A DNA stretch of 64,000 bases, taken from assembly GCA_964247055.1 (NCBI GenBank), contig OZ176055.1, forward strand, positions 9,114,001 through 9,178,000, in the 5' to 3' direction. Positions 25,815 through 38,720 of the stretch are shown piece after piece (the first letter of the stretch is position 1; the number at the start of each line of letters is the position of its first letter). The position numbers and the translations under genes were made by a program. This DNA comes from Paragordius varius. Taxonomy: Eukaryota; Animalia; Nematomorpha. The notes under the pieces were generated by a model. The model saw only the letters and a program-made list of their open reading frames with translations. It searched no databases and was not told the origin of the DNA.

Positions 25815-28800
25815 ATGTCATCTCCCAAAGGTTCCTTACTTACTACGTGGAATAAATTCTTCAAGAAAGTTATTCATCAAAGTAAACCGGACAATGGGCA
25901 TTACCCTGTTTCGACAATTAAAAAGCAACAACAGTTACAATCACAAAAGCTATTAAACACGATTTATGCTCTCAATGCTATACAAAAGGTAATAATATTA
26001 AATACAGTAAAAATTGAAATTATACAGACAAAACGTAAAAATATAAAGACAAAATTTTTTTTTCAAAAGACATCCATATCTATCCTATAAAAATCATATG
26101 ACTATTTTATACTTTGAAGTTTAAAACAATCTGTTATTGTTAAAAAAATCAAGATTTTCATTTTTTAGAAAAAATATTTAACTTTATGTTTTAACTTTTT
26201 GTCCGTATAATTTCAGTTTTACTGTAATATTGCATATTTAATCTTATCAAAACAAACTTTTCTGCGTTGCGTTATTATACCTACACCTTAAATTGACCCT
26301 TAAACATTTTGAACTCACCCTTAAAAATTCAAACATGCGTTTTCGAGCTTTTTCAAATGAATATTGATGTACAATTATTTTGTATGGCATAATTATTTAT
26401 TTTTCTGCATTGTGCTGATATTGATCAAAAGGTCATTAAAAATAAAAAATAGAAAAAACATTTAATTAATTTTTATGAATTTGAAATGTATAAGGGTGAT
26501 GAAGTGTTCAACGGTGAATTCGAAAACGGTATATTCAACCCTAAAAACTGCACAATTTTTTATAATTACAATGGGTCGGTCCAGGGCAATAGAATTTAAT
26601 TTCTTTATGGATCCTATAAGAATATAATCTAAATCTACAATTACATTGCTAGTTTTTCATTTTATACTGCCATATATTAACAAGAATAAGCAGCATTATG
26701 GGCTGAAAACACCAAATATAAGAAGCCAAAAATATCATCTTTTTTATTAATAGTATCTGACAATATTTAATGACTAACGAATTTTATTTTATAACGTTTT
26801 TTGTCATATTGATATGTTAAAGTTGTACAAAGGCAAAAAATTAAGTTTAAAATTTGAAACAAAAAACATTCCAATGTCTCAAGACCCTTTACTTTATTTT
26901 CTTGACATTAGCCTTAATTATCGGGGTACCTGGGTCGTAAAAGGAACACAGTTATAATTTTTAATAACATCATCTATTCATTATTCAGGATATTCAATAT
27001 TCCACGTCAAGTCTTTCACTGACCGGAGATGCGATAACAGCTAGAAAAACTGTAAAAAATTTGGAATTTATCCAACCAGATAAAGCAAAAACATTCGAAA
27101 ACCATGTATTACCCTTCTGGAAAATGCCGGGCCCACGTGGTCTTCCTATTGTAGGAACTTTGTTGGATTACATAAAGAAGGGTGGTTATGGTTTCCATGG
27201 ATTAATGCAGGTTTTAATTATAGAAAAGTAAAATTACATAAACACACTAAAAACTAATTTAAATAACTTATGAAAATTATTTTTTGTATAAAGAGAGTTC
27301 CCGATGAGAGTCGTGAAATATCGGGACAAAAATATCAACTTATTATTATTATATGGGCGATATAAAAAATTAGGATTCTTAATATTTGTTGATATTCTGA
27401 AATATATAGACTTTTAGTACGTTGGCACCTTGAAAAAAGTTATAACTTAACCATTATCTTATCAATTCAGTTAAAATTTTGATATTCCTCATATTTAAAA
27501 ATTTCAAAGTGGACAAAAAAATATTTTATTAGGCACAATTTGATAGAAGTGTGCAATATGGGCCAATATATCGAGAAAAGTTGGGGCCAGAGGAGTTTGT
27601 AGTTATAACTGACCCAAAAGAATATTCAAAAGTTGTCCGCGCAGATCCAAAATATCCCGCTAGAATGGTGTTAGATCCAATGGTTGAATATCGGAAACAA
27701 AGAAACCTACCCATCGGTCTTTTCAACGCGTATAATAAAATTTGTGATACTCTATATTTATAATGTTGGATATAGTTTCATACATGAATGCTATACAAAT
27801 CTACAAACCTTAAATCATTTTCTGCCATAAATGATATTATTAATTAATATAACTTGATGATTTTAATATTAGTTTATTTTTTTTGTAAAATAATTACCCA
27901 TCAAGATAATCACCATTAAATCAAATGTACTTATAAAGAAATATCATGGATAGATTCATTTCAAAAAATTGATAAAAGTGCTTTATTATTAACATTTTTC
28001 TGATCCGTACAATAATTTCAAAAGTAAAGTTGTTTGCCATAATTTTTTTTGATATTTTATTAATAGTAAATTTAATTCAAAAAAAATTATTTTTCCTTTT
28101 ATAGATTGGGTGAAGAGTGGTATAAATACCGAAGTGTCCTTAACCATAAAATGATGGACATCAAGGAATGTAACAATTATCTCCCAAAAGTCGAAATGGT
28201 TTCACATGATTTTATTGTCCGGTTAGGACATAAAAAGGATGAATCCAATTTTTGCATTGAAACGGAACTGTTTCATTGGGCTATGGAATGTAAGTTATTA
28301 TATTGCATCTTAATTACATTGCGAGAGTTAAAATTACAGTATAAAATTATACAGACAAAACGTAAAAATATAAATATAAATATTTTTTAAATGACGGCTG
28401 TACATTTTAAAACTTGATTTTTCAAAAGTTTACTAATCGTTTGGTTTGCAAAGTAGCAAATAGAAATGTTTGTTATAACACTCATTAATATAAAAATCGA
28501 AATTGTTAATGTGGGTAAATTATGGTTTGAAAAGGTAGTGGTTGTCTTTTCCAAAAAATAATTATTTGTCTTTATTACGTTTTGTTTGTATGTGCATAAT
28601 TTTTACTACTGTAAAAAATCTTTTTATTCTACGATATTAGCAATTGGAACACTGTTGTTTGATGCTCGATTGCAATGTCTCAAAGATCCCGTTCCCCTTA
28701 AAACAAGTCAATTTGTTAGGAGTGTTGCCGGATACACTAAAACGCTTCAGACACTCATGACAGATTTCCCCTGGTACAAGTATTACGATACCAAATTATG

Positions 28801-31800
28801 GAAAGAACATTTGGGTTATGCTGATACCATTTTTGATATTGGACAGGACTTGGTTGAAGAGGTAAAATTATATATATTTTTTTGAAATTGTTTTTATGTT
28901 AAATGAATGCGCCGCTTATGCTACAGTTCGAATTTTAAAATTTTGAATTTATTCTCATAGGATTTAAGGAAACTTAATTAGGTTAATTAAAGAATGACTA
29001 GGTGGTATAATGTCATTTTATCCTTTACATACAGTAATATATGAATTTATACAGACAAAATGTAAAGACAAATATTTTTACAAAAGACCGCTCCTTTTAA
29101 ACTTGATATTTTTGAATAAAACTCATTGTTTTGAAAAGCAAAGGGTGAATTATAAATCTAAATTGGTAACACAAACAAATTATACACTTAACAATTGTAA
29201 TTAAATAATTTATAGGAAAAAAGGTTAAAAATTATGATTGCCGTTTAATAAAATTTGTCTTTATATTTTAACGTTTTGTCCGTATAATTTCATTGTGTAA
29301 TAATTTTTATTATTTAATTTTGATTATTTTCAGAGACTAAATGACTATAAAACAAACAAGAACGATGATAAAAACAAAGATTCATCCTATTCCATTCTCA
29401 GGCATTTAATGCAAAATACAGATTGGTCAAACAAAGAAATTAATATAACCCTTATAGATTTGATGATGGCCGCCATAGAAACGGTAAAAAATAATTAACT
29501 TTTTGAAATTTCTTTGTAAAATTTACAGAAGTGAAATTAAACGTAAAAAGCAATTAAATATAAATATTTTTTCAAAAGACAACCATACTTTTTTAATTTT
29601 TTCCTGTTATTATTTAATCACATTTGTAAAAGATACAATTGATTCTGTTACCAATATACACTTTTGATTTAAATTTTCAATCGTAAGTTAATATATCAAT
29701 AGGAAAAATCAAGGTTTAAAAAGGTATGGTTTTCTATTTTGAAATCAAATATTTGTCTTATATTTTTATTTTGTCCGTGTATTATTTTAATTTTTACTGT
29801 AATTAGTCAACAAAAATAAAATCCATAATCTGTAAGGCTGAATTGAAATTTTGTATAAGAAAAAATGTTTTGACCTTACATAGCTATATTTTCTCACCAT
29901 TGTTTTAATCTCCATTTAGTTTAAACATAGTTTGTTAAAATTAATTAGTTGAAATTAAATACAATACATTTTAATGAATTAATTTCATAAATTTAACAAT
30001 TACCTATTAGTTAAACACAATATTGCTATACTTAAAATTTAACCTTCAGTGATTTAAGAATATAATTGTAACGTTATTTATTTTACCTAGGAGTGAATAT
30101 ATAATATCTTAAAATTTTAATTCCTTTTTCAATGTTACCAAAAATTAATTGTTAAATCATGAGAGCAGTCATATTTAACAATTAAAACATAGAGGATATG
30201 CTTTTATAAAATTCTGGACACTTCATTACCGTTACGGGTAGATTACGCCAGGAGCGATTTCAAATTAATTTTGAATATAAATATTCCTGATATTGGACCG
30301 AATTTAAAAATATGCATTATGCAAGTTTTTTTTAAAAAATGTGAGAAAAATAATATTTTCCCAAAGATTATTTTGGGCTTTTTGTTAATCCGTAATAAAA
30401 TTAGACGATAAAAATATATTATGATGATTTTATTTTAATTAAAATCAGTGCTTTATTGATATGTATAGTTTTTAAGGGTGAAGCTACAATTCTTTTTTCT
30501 GTTCCAAATATATTTTGAACAACGCTAATGCCATATAATGTAAAATACTTTGATAGCTATTCAATTTCTTCTAACGTACATTGTAAAACATATTTATCTT
30601 ATTTTTACTTTCATAAATATTGAGGCATCGTTATAATAAGAATAAATGGCCAACTAATGTAAAATATGATAAATTTAAATGCCTAGATATTGTGATAATA
30701 GACTATTTTACGAAAATGTAAGTATCTATTCATAATTGGGTATTAAACACATTTTAATCCTCTAAAACAGAGGTCTCCAACACAAATGTCCACGGGCTGC
30801 ATTTCAATATTCCCTGTGAGCATCAGAAATATATATGAGCATTCATAATTGATATTTTAGATTTCCAATGTAAAACTGTAAAATGCAAAATATAAAAAAA
30901 TTTCTACTTTGTATTTTTTAAAAAAATTTAGCAAGAAATATTAATTTTACTAAGATTTTTGAAGCTAATTTTCGCAAATTATAAATATCTCATACATCCG
31001 CGGGCAGAACATAAAGTCACGGAGAGCCGCGTGTTGGACACCCTTGTACTAAAATAATTTTTTGCATGTTTGTTGCAAAAATTGGCCGTCGTTTATGCCA
31101 TTGTATATGTGAGTTAAACGGAGAAATTAAATTTTAACTAAATATCTTACATATAAATAACATTTTAATTATTTACTTGATTTTATATTTCATATAGACA
31201 TGCTTTGCTGTTTTGTGGACCATGTATTGTTTAGCTAAAACTCCCAGAGCTCAAAAAATACTTTTAGATGAAATTTTACAGGTTGCACCCAAAAATACGA
31301 CATTAGATATGGATTTGTTGCACAAACTAACCTACCTTAAATGCTGTGTTAAAGAATCCATGAGGTTAAAATATTAATTTATTTTTATTAAAATGGATGT
31401 CCGAGACTATTAGGATAAATTCTAAGTATGATGTTTTAAACCTTGCTAAATATTCAAATGAGATGAAAGCATTGGTTAAATATGCGATTTTCGTTTGAAC
31501 AAAAACAGTTTTATTAAGAGATTTATAAGCTAATTTTTTAAATTGTTCTCTAAAATGCAATTTTCCCAATATTTATAGATTGTTCCCCGTGGTATATACC
31601 ATGAGTCGCAAAATTCACAAAGATTTGACAATCAATAATTTCCTGGTGCCAAAACAATCTCATGTGCAGGGAAGCATGTATGCTATGGGACGGAACGAAC
31701 AATTATTTGATCAACCGTTCATGTATTTACCCGAAAGATGGTTATCACAAAATGTACAAAAAGATAGCGCATTAACAACCAAACAATACTTTGAAATGAA

Positions 31801-32149
31801 AAGTTCGAATGGGTGCCCATTTGCAAATGTTACTAGCCAGGATTCTTCAACAGGCTCAAACTATTTCCATCCCAACCAAGATAGCATAACCGTTAAGAAA
31901 ATGCTTAAAGAAACGGCCGCATTTGGTTCCCTGCCTTGGGGACACGGAGCTCGAATGTGCATAGGACGTAGGATCTCAGAAATTGAAGTTTATTCCGTCC
32001 TTTTTAACCTTGTTCGAGGGTATGACATAAAATTAGCCGCTAATGATAAACCAGAAACAGCAGGAGAAGATGTCAAACCTATTTTACATTTAGTGTTGTG
32101 TCCATCACACAAAATTAAATTTAATTTTTCCAAAAGATCTATTGAGTGA
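25815..32149 (+). CDS. CYP10: Cytochrome P450, mitochondrial clan, CYP10-like; 8 coding exons
   Basis: Exons 25815-25988 (less certain), 26989-27210, 27533-27729, 28105-28289, 28641-28861, 29334-29483, 31198-31364, 31579-32149, all phase-compatible. Motifs: MPGPRGLPIVGTLLDY, WxxxR (EEWYKYR), ELFHWAMESIG, I-helix DLMMAAIETT, ExxR (KESMR), PERW, heme motif PWGHGARMCIG. The W in the heme motif and several blocks resemble molluscan CYP10 as recalled; family assignment needs a search. Confidence 0.88.
26005..26224. mobile_element. Family-A MITE in CYP intron 1
   Basis: TA-CAGTAAAAATTGAAATTATACAGAC ... GTCCGTATAATTTCAGTTTTACTG-TA. It supplies the non-coding tail of ORF 25809-26090. Confidence 0.85.
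26280..26529. mobile_element. Family-D MITE, diverged, in CYP intron 1
   Basis: Repeated (A/G)ACCCTTAAA units on the left and GGGTGA/GGTGAATT units on the right, TA flanks. Confidence 0.5.
28337..28611. mobile_element. Family-A MITE filling most of CYP intron 4
   Basis: TA-CAGTATAAAATTATACAGACAAAACG ... TTTTTACTACTG-TA. Confidence 0.8.
29032..29297. mobile_element. Family-A MITE in CYP intron 5
   Basis: TA-CAGTAATATATGAATTTATACAGACAAAA ... TTTTGTCCGTATAATTTCATTGTG-TA. Confidence 0.75.
29526..29799. mobile_element. Family-A MITE in CYP intron 6
   Basis: CAAAAGACAACCATAC left arm; TTTTGTCCGTGTATTATTTTAATTTTTACTG-TA right arm. Confidence 0.75.
30768..31046. mobile_element. hAT (Charlie-like) MITE in CYP intron 6
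   Basis: Ends CAGAGGTCTCCAACAC / GTGTTGGACACCCTTG. Flanking 8-mers CTCTAAAA / TACTAAAA (6/8 match). Confidence 0.7.
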
Positions 32150-32445
32150 AATATGCATGCATACCCAATTAACAATTCTCTTTATATGAGAAAAATTAAA
32201 CGTTTTATTAGCAAAAGTGCAATTTTATAATGATCAATCAACAACATGACTTTATTACTTTATAAATGGATGGCTTTTTCCAATAACCAATATTTTATGT
32301 ATTCGACTTGCCTACATTTGTATAAAAAAATAACATGTATCACGCAGTATTAATATGGCTGCAGTATTAAACATACCGCTTTGATATATCTTTCTATCTA
32401 TTTTTACTTATATAATTTTAATAGCTCTTAACTTTAATATGTAAT

Positions 32446-32482
<37 letters not shown>

Positions 32483-33208
32483 ATATTTTGAATAAATGTA
32501 TATTTAATTTTAGCCACAAGGTTATAATTATATCTTATAATGCGCCGCTATTTTATGTTATTAAAACAATAGATTAAGGTTATAATTAAATTTAATTATC
32601 GTGTGATAACTTTGCTTTCTAAAACGCATACATACCATATGAGGTATAATCGACTAAAACCTAAGTTAAAAAAGTTGTTTTAAAGAATCAAAACTTTCAT
32701 AATTTTACCATGAAAACCATAATTTATTATTTTATATTCAAGCATGTGTTAATAATTGGTATCAATTATTATTTTTTTTTAAGTTTAGTAACGGTAAATG
32801 TGGAAAAATATAGATGCTACACGTTTTTTAAAACAACAAACAATAAATTTGTTAATAAACATTCGCTCCCTGAAACCTTTTAAACTCGGGGCAAGCCACA
32901 AAAAAACGAAAATTTTAAGAAACCAAAGGCTAAAAATCACACAATGGCGATTTTTATTTTTACAATTGCTTAAAATTCATGCCAATTTTTAATACTGTTT
33001 TATTAAGTATGAATCAGAACAGATACTATTAAAACAGCATAACTTGCTCGTTGGTAAACGGGTCCTCTTTTTATTAAAAATTAACTTTTAAAACGTATCA
33101 ACCAATTTATTTAAATATTCTACTATTTGTTATTATTGTAAATTAAATTTTGCAGTATAAATTGTGAGAAATATAACGGTAGTTTTCAAATTTATTAACC
33201 CTATAAAC

Positions 33209-33507
33209 CAGGTATATTCACGCGGCAGCGCTCCGGACTTAATGTGCCGCCCGCGATAAATTTGGACATCCATAATTAAATTGCAAAATGTGCCCACAAA
33301 ATCTTAATAAAATGAACTTTTTCTTAAAATTAATCTTTTCAATTGGTTAAAACTTAAAAAAATGCTATATTGTGATTGCATTTTACAGTTTTATATTTGA
33401 AATCTAATAAATTATTTATAAAGGCCCATATATATTTAGAATGCGGCCCGCCAGATTTTTGTGAGCCGAAAATACGGCCGCAAAACCATTTGTGTTGTTC
33501 ACCACTG
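33209..33507. mobile_element. hAT (Charlie-like) MITE
   Basis: Ends CAGGTATATTCAC / GTGTTGTTCACCACTG, internal GCGGCCCGC motifs. Flanks CTATAAAC / CTATACAT (6/8 match). Confidence 0.6.
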
Positions 33508-33755
33508 CTATACATACTTTGCGTAAAAAAATGAAACTTAAACTAACATAATGTTTTAAAAAAGAAGAGATCAACTGAACGCACTGTTTTTTATATTGTG
33601 TAATTATCCCAACTTTCCGAATTGTGAATCCGTTAATAACCCAAAAATTTGGTAAGAGCTCCAATATTTGATACACCATGATGGAATAGTTGTCGGATTT
33701 AAGTGGTTTGGAAAGATTTTGGGAATTTTAAATTTCTGAATTGAGTAAATGTCAC

Positions 33756-33900
33756 CAGTGGCGTAGCTAAGGGGCGAACGGGAGCTGATGCATTGGGCGC
33801 CATAGTTAAAGGGACCAAAAATTTAATTTTATTTCAAAAAATAGATAGGTTGCATGGAAGAACCATGCACGGAACGCCAGAAATGTAAACTACGCCTCTG
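33756..33900 (-). mobile_element. Short 145-bp hAT MITE (CAGWGGCGTAGC family)
   Basis: TIRs CAGTGGCGTAGC / ACTACGCCTCTG. Perfect 8-bp TSD AATGTCAC (33748-33755, 33901-33908). Confidence 0.88.
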
Positions 33901-35067
33901 AATGTCACGCTTTCAGATATGATTATATTTGAAGCAAACGCTTTATACAAATGAAATAAATGCAAGGATAAAAATGCGCTAAACAGTTAATTTATTAGTA
34001 TCATGATGATGTGTTAGAATGTCAAGCTAAAATATCACACATTTTTGAGAATATTTCAAAAAATTATAAAATTCAATAATTATAAAATTTGGGAAATTTA
34101 AGGTTTTGCTTAAAATTATTAACAAACTGCGGCAATAATTTATTAGTTAAATTAACTTTTGTATACTTTATTAAATGTAGCTATATTTTAGTTTATCCAA
34201 CGTACCTTGTTGTATTATACCAGAATTCGGTTAAAACTCGCATTAATCAGAAAATATGAGTTCGATAACGTTCCTAATTATGGGTTAATTTAAAATATTA
34301 GTATGATCACCTTTGAATGTAAATTCCAAAACCTGCTATTTTACATTTTCAAAGAAGTGTTTATTCCGCGCTAAACATTGATATTGTCATTAAATGGAGA
34401 TGACAAAAAATAGCAATAGAACAGGACATGGCTTTTTAAATATCATCGTGGTATGTTTACATCGGCGTTTTCTGATAAATATATTCGATTGTATCCATTA
34501 AAGTTTTAATTTACTATTTAGATTTGCGAGGTTTTAGTTATTTCAAATACCTATCGTATTTATGGTTGCTTTATTTTTGAATCAAAATAATCGCATAAAA
34601 ACTGCAGACTTTCTTGATCTTTTGTGGAAATGAAACAATTGTTCTTTAAAAAAATAAACCCATTGAGTAAAATATAGAATTGTATTTATAAGTCAAAGTC
34701 TTAGCATAAAAATAAATTATTTACAATAAATATAGAGCCATTTACTTGTTTTTTTAGAGTTAATTTAAATAAAATTTAAAGTATAAATGCTTAAAGTTCG
34801 TGGTTTAATCCTCATACCAACCATCCTATAATATTTTGGCAAAACAATATTTTCTGCATCAAAGCAAATTTCTGGCTATACCAATAAAACAGTATGAAAA
34901 TAATTCTGGATGATTATTGCAGTTTAAAATCGATTAGATAATTCCAATAAATGATTGATTTGGTTGTCAAACTGAGTGCACCTGTATGCATATATATATT
35001 TAATAACGTATTACAAAAATATTTTAAATAATAAAAATATTTGATTCGAAAACAACATTAATAATAA

Positions 35068-35310
35068 CCATTTACAATTCAAATTCACCCTTGAACAATT
35101 CAAATTCATTCACCCTAAAAATAAATTGTGTGTTTTCGGGCTCAAATAAATCATTATTAATATGAAATATATCTTTATGGTTTAATTAATTATTTTTTCA
35201 GGATTATTTTTATTTTACACAAAATTTTATTTTTATAAAATATAAAAAAATATAGGTAATTTTTAATCTTAAAAAACACATAAATTTTTAGGGTGGATTT
35301 TAATTTTTCG
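35068..35310. mobile_element. Family-D MITE, right end truncated
   Basis: Colinear with 43150-43370 (CCATTTACAATTCAAATTCACCCTTGAACAATTCAAATTCA...GTGTTTTCGGGCT). Confidence 0.75.
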
Positions 35311-35920
35311 AAAGAATTATGAGTGAAAAACTCAGAAAAGGTCCCTTAACGTCACTTGGGTGATTATCCATTCGCCCAATTAATATGTTGCCCAACAAAT
35401 ATGCTTTTTATGTAAAAAATTATTTTTGTTCAATATCAAATTACTAAAATAAGTATTTATGATGTAATATTATCGCACACTTGTAAAGGAATAGGATAGG
35501 AAAAAAATATTTAAATGGGTCCGTACATAAAATCGATTTAAAACCAACATTTTGTATTTTTATAAATTTAAATAAGATCATGAAAAAAATAGATTATTAT
35601 AACCAAAAATAAATTTTATAAGAATCCATGCCAGTTTGTATTAAAATTAATTTAAAGAAAAATTGTGTAAAACTTATTGTTGTTATCGACAAATAGGGTG
35701 TTATTATATTAATCATATTGTGATAAATTTGAATTAAAATGTAGTATTTTTAAATTTTTGGATGACAAAAGAAAAATAAACTTAAAAATTAATTTAGGAC
35801 AATTTACTGTTATAAATTTTAATTTAATATATCAAAATGGCTTAATTTCGCAAATATAAAGTAATAAATAAAAACTTGAAGAGTACGCAGGATAAACCCA
35901 CGTACCTGACTGAAGAATTA

Positions 35921-36199
35921 CAGTAAAAATTGGAATTATACGGACGAAACGTAAAAAAATAAAGACAAATATTTTTTATAAAAGATAACCTCTAAATCTT
36001 GATTTTTTTAAAAAAATCAACCATTGTTTAAAATTGCAAAGCATCAAATTAAGATTTGGTATCACAATCAATAATCTATTTTACATTTGTAATTAAATGA
36101 TAACTGATAAGGAAAAATTAAGGTTTGAATGGTTGTCATTTAAAAAAATGTTTGTCTTAGTATTAATACAATTTGTCCGTATAATTTTAATTTTCATTG
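35921..36199. mobile_element. Family-A MITE
   Basis: TA-CAGTAAAAATTGGAATTATACGGACG ... GTCCGTATAATTTTAATTTTCATTG-TA. Confidence 0.8.
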
Positions 36200-36249
36200 T
36201 AAATACAAAAGCTTTTAGGTAAAATAGCAAAATACTAAACATAAAAAGT

Positions 36250-36900
36250 TATAATTGCAAAGCTTTTTGGTATTTAAATGCAAATCTTATAAATTATTTC
36301 CAGGCACCCTAATATTGGTGTTACATATGGTGGATTGTGTCATTAGAATGATTTAAAGTGATTTTAAAGTAGCGTTGGCGAAAATTTTGTAGACTATGGA
36401 AGGAATCTGACAGATGTTGTTTTATATATGTGGTGGTGTTGTTGTTAGGGTTTGAATGTTTGATGTAATTGTATATTGTGTGTTATTTTTTGTGTGTTCA
36501 TAGATATTTTCTGCAACAAGGGCCTTAATATTTATAGCTTTAGGAAATTATTTTAACGATAGATAGCTGTTTTACTTTTCAGTCACTGTAGATGAGACTG
36601 GTTTTGCGTTTGAGTTGAGTTAATTTGCGGATGTCTTTATTCCACCACCAGTTGTGGGTCAAAGAAATCCACCGATTATGCTTTGAACGACCAACCAAAA
36701 AATCAAGAGTATTGACGCATAGAGTTTTTATATTATTCCAAATTTCATTTGGGTGGGTTAGATGATGTTTCATTTGTCGATAGTAGTTTACAACTGTGGT
36801 TTCTAATACTATCATTTTAAGTTTCAATGTCTAATAGGTTGTTTATTTGTGGGGGAGGGCGTAATAGTATGTGTGTTTTTAATTACAAGTTCTATATTTG
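36250..36900 (-). mobile_element. Second RTE fragment (EN-RT linker), inverted orientation
   Basis: Minus ORF 36579-36827 contains WNNIK...HNWWWNKDIRKLTQLKRK, the RTE WWWN linker motif. 36300-36420 on the minus strand is homologous to 36983-37095 on the plus strand. Confidence 0.7.
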
Positions 36901-36974
36901 GCTTAAAATTAAGCAAGATATCCCTATGATATTACAGTAGTTTTTCCTTTAAGTTTGTTTGCACAAGAAGTAAT

Positions 36975-38720
36975 CATAAAACACAACATCTCTCAGATTC
37001 CTTCCATAATCAATCAAACTTTCGCCAACTATTTTAAAATTACTTTAAATCAAGCAAATGACACAATCCTACCCTATGTACCAGGGTGCCCGGAATTCAT
37101 TGATGCAAATTACATTCTATCGGGGACTCTTAAATTAAGAAAAACGGTAAAACACCAAGAATGTCGGAAGTTACTGTCGACATTCTTAAACCCATTGAGA
37201 TACAATAAGTAAGATTAATTATCAAACCTTTTTTTACCTAATCATACAAACGGAAACCATCCCTGAAGACTGGCAAAACAGCATCATCATACCCATCTAC
37301 AAGGGAAAAAAGTGATTCTATCCTACCTAGCTGCTCTTTTAAGTCCAATAAAATCTTGGAACACAACTTTAAAACTTTTGAGCTCATTCGATACAATAAG
37401 ATTAAACTTAAAGTTCATCTAGACGACATTCAATTTAGCTCCCAATCTGGCAAAAGCACAATTGATGCGATTTCTATACTCCGCCAAATGCAAGCAGGCC
37501 ATCTCAGAAATACACGCCTCTATAATGTCTTCTTTGGCCTAGAAAAGGCTTTTGACTCGATCCAAAGATCGAGGATAACATGGGCCCTAAGAAATAAGGA
37601 ATCGTAGAATGGATTATTCAGAGCATAATGATGCTATATTCCGGCACCAAAGTCTAAATCAAAACTTTCTATGGCCTATCCGAATCAATCAGTATACACT
37701 CAGGGCTGAACCAAGGTTCTGTCCTGAGTCTATTACTTTTTATCATAGTATTAAATGAGAATACAAAGAACATTCGCAGGGGTTTACCCTGGGCTCTTTG
37801 TAGATTACCTGGTAATAATGGACTCATCTGAAAACGATCTCATCTTATATATTGACAAATGGTTGCTTGGAAAGTCATGGCCTCGAAATCAATCCAAGAA
37901 AAACAGAACAAATGCATGATAATTTAATGGAGGCCATTAAGTACCCATGTAGAATTTGCAGTCTAGCTAAATCAAATTCTATATTGTGTACTAAATGTAA
38001 CTTCTGGATACGTAAAAAATGCCCCAACCTAAAATCACTTAGGGTTTATGCCTTTACTTGCTCAAGTTGCATCGACTAGAACCAAATTTAAATGCAATCT
38101 CTAATAACTACAATTACGAAACTGCTACTCACTATAAATATCTGAGTAATGAAGTATCCGCCAAAGGAGGCATCAGTGATGGCCTCTGGTAAAAAACCAA
38201 AATAATAATAAATACATCAAACTTGAAACGAAGTCACAGCTATATTCTGCCATTATCCGTCCTGCACTAACCTACGGCAGCACGGAATGTTGGCCCATGA
38301 CAAAGTCAACCTTGGTAAATTCCAAAAATCAGAATCTAAAATACTCAATACAACAATCCTTTTTGTACATAATCCTAAACTCTATAACTTTAATAATCAA
38401 TTTGTGACCCTTATAAAATCCTTAATATCACTGCTCTTGACCCCTTTCTAAGATTCAAAAGACTAAGATGGACTGGTCACATCCATGGTAGACCACCAGA
38501 TAATTGTATACATATAGTGATGCCCTAATCCACATCTAGTTCAAAGCCTGGCAGACCCTTCAAAAGGTGGCTGGCTCGGTACTATATATGATGATCTTAC
38601 TGACTGAGGCCAAACTAAAAATAGAAGATGTGGAAAATAGAAACAATTGGAAAACAGCAATAAAAACTTATCTTAAATCAGCTACCTTCAACTCTGAGGA
38701 TCAAAAGCCCTTAATGATAT
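36975..38720 (+). mobile_element. RTE-clade non-LTR retrotransposon remnant (RT region to 3' end)
   Basis: Frameshifted remnants: IIIPIYKGK, GKSTIDAI.ILRQMQ, GLEKAFD, GLNQGSVLSLLLFIIVL, a Cys/His finger at 37915-38079, YSAIIRPALTYG..CWP and RLRWTGHI. Confidence 0.85.
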
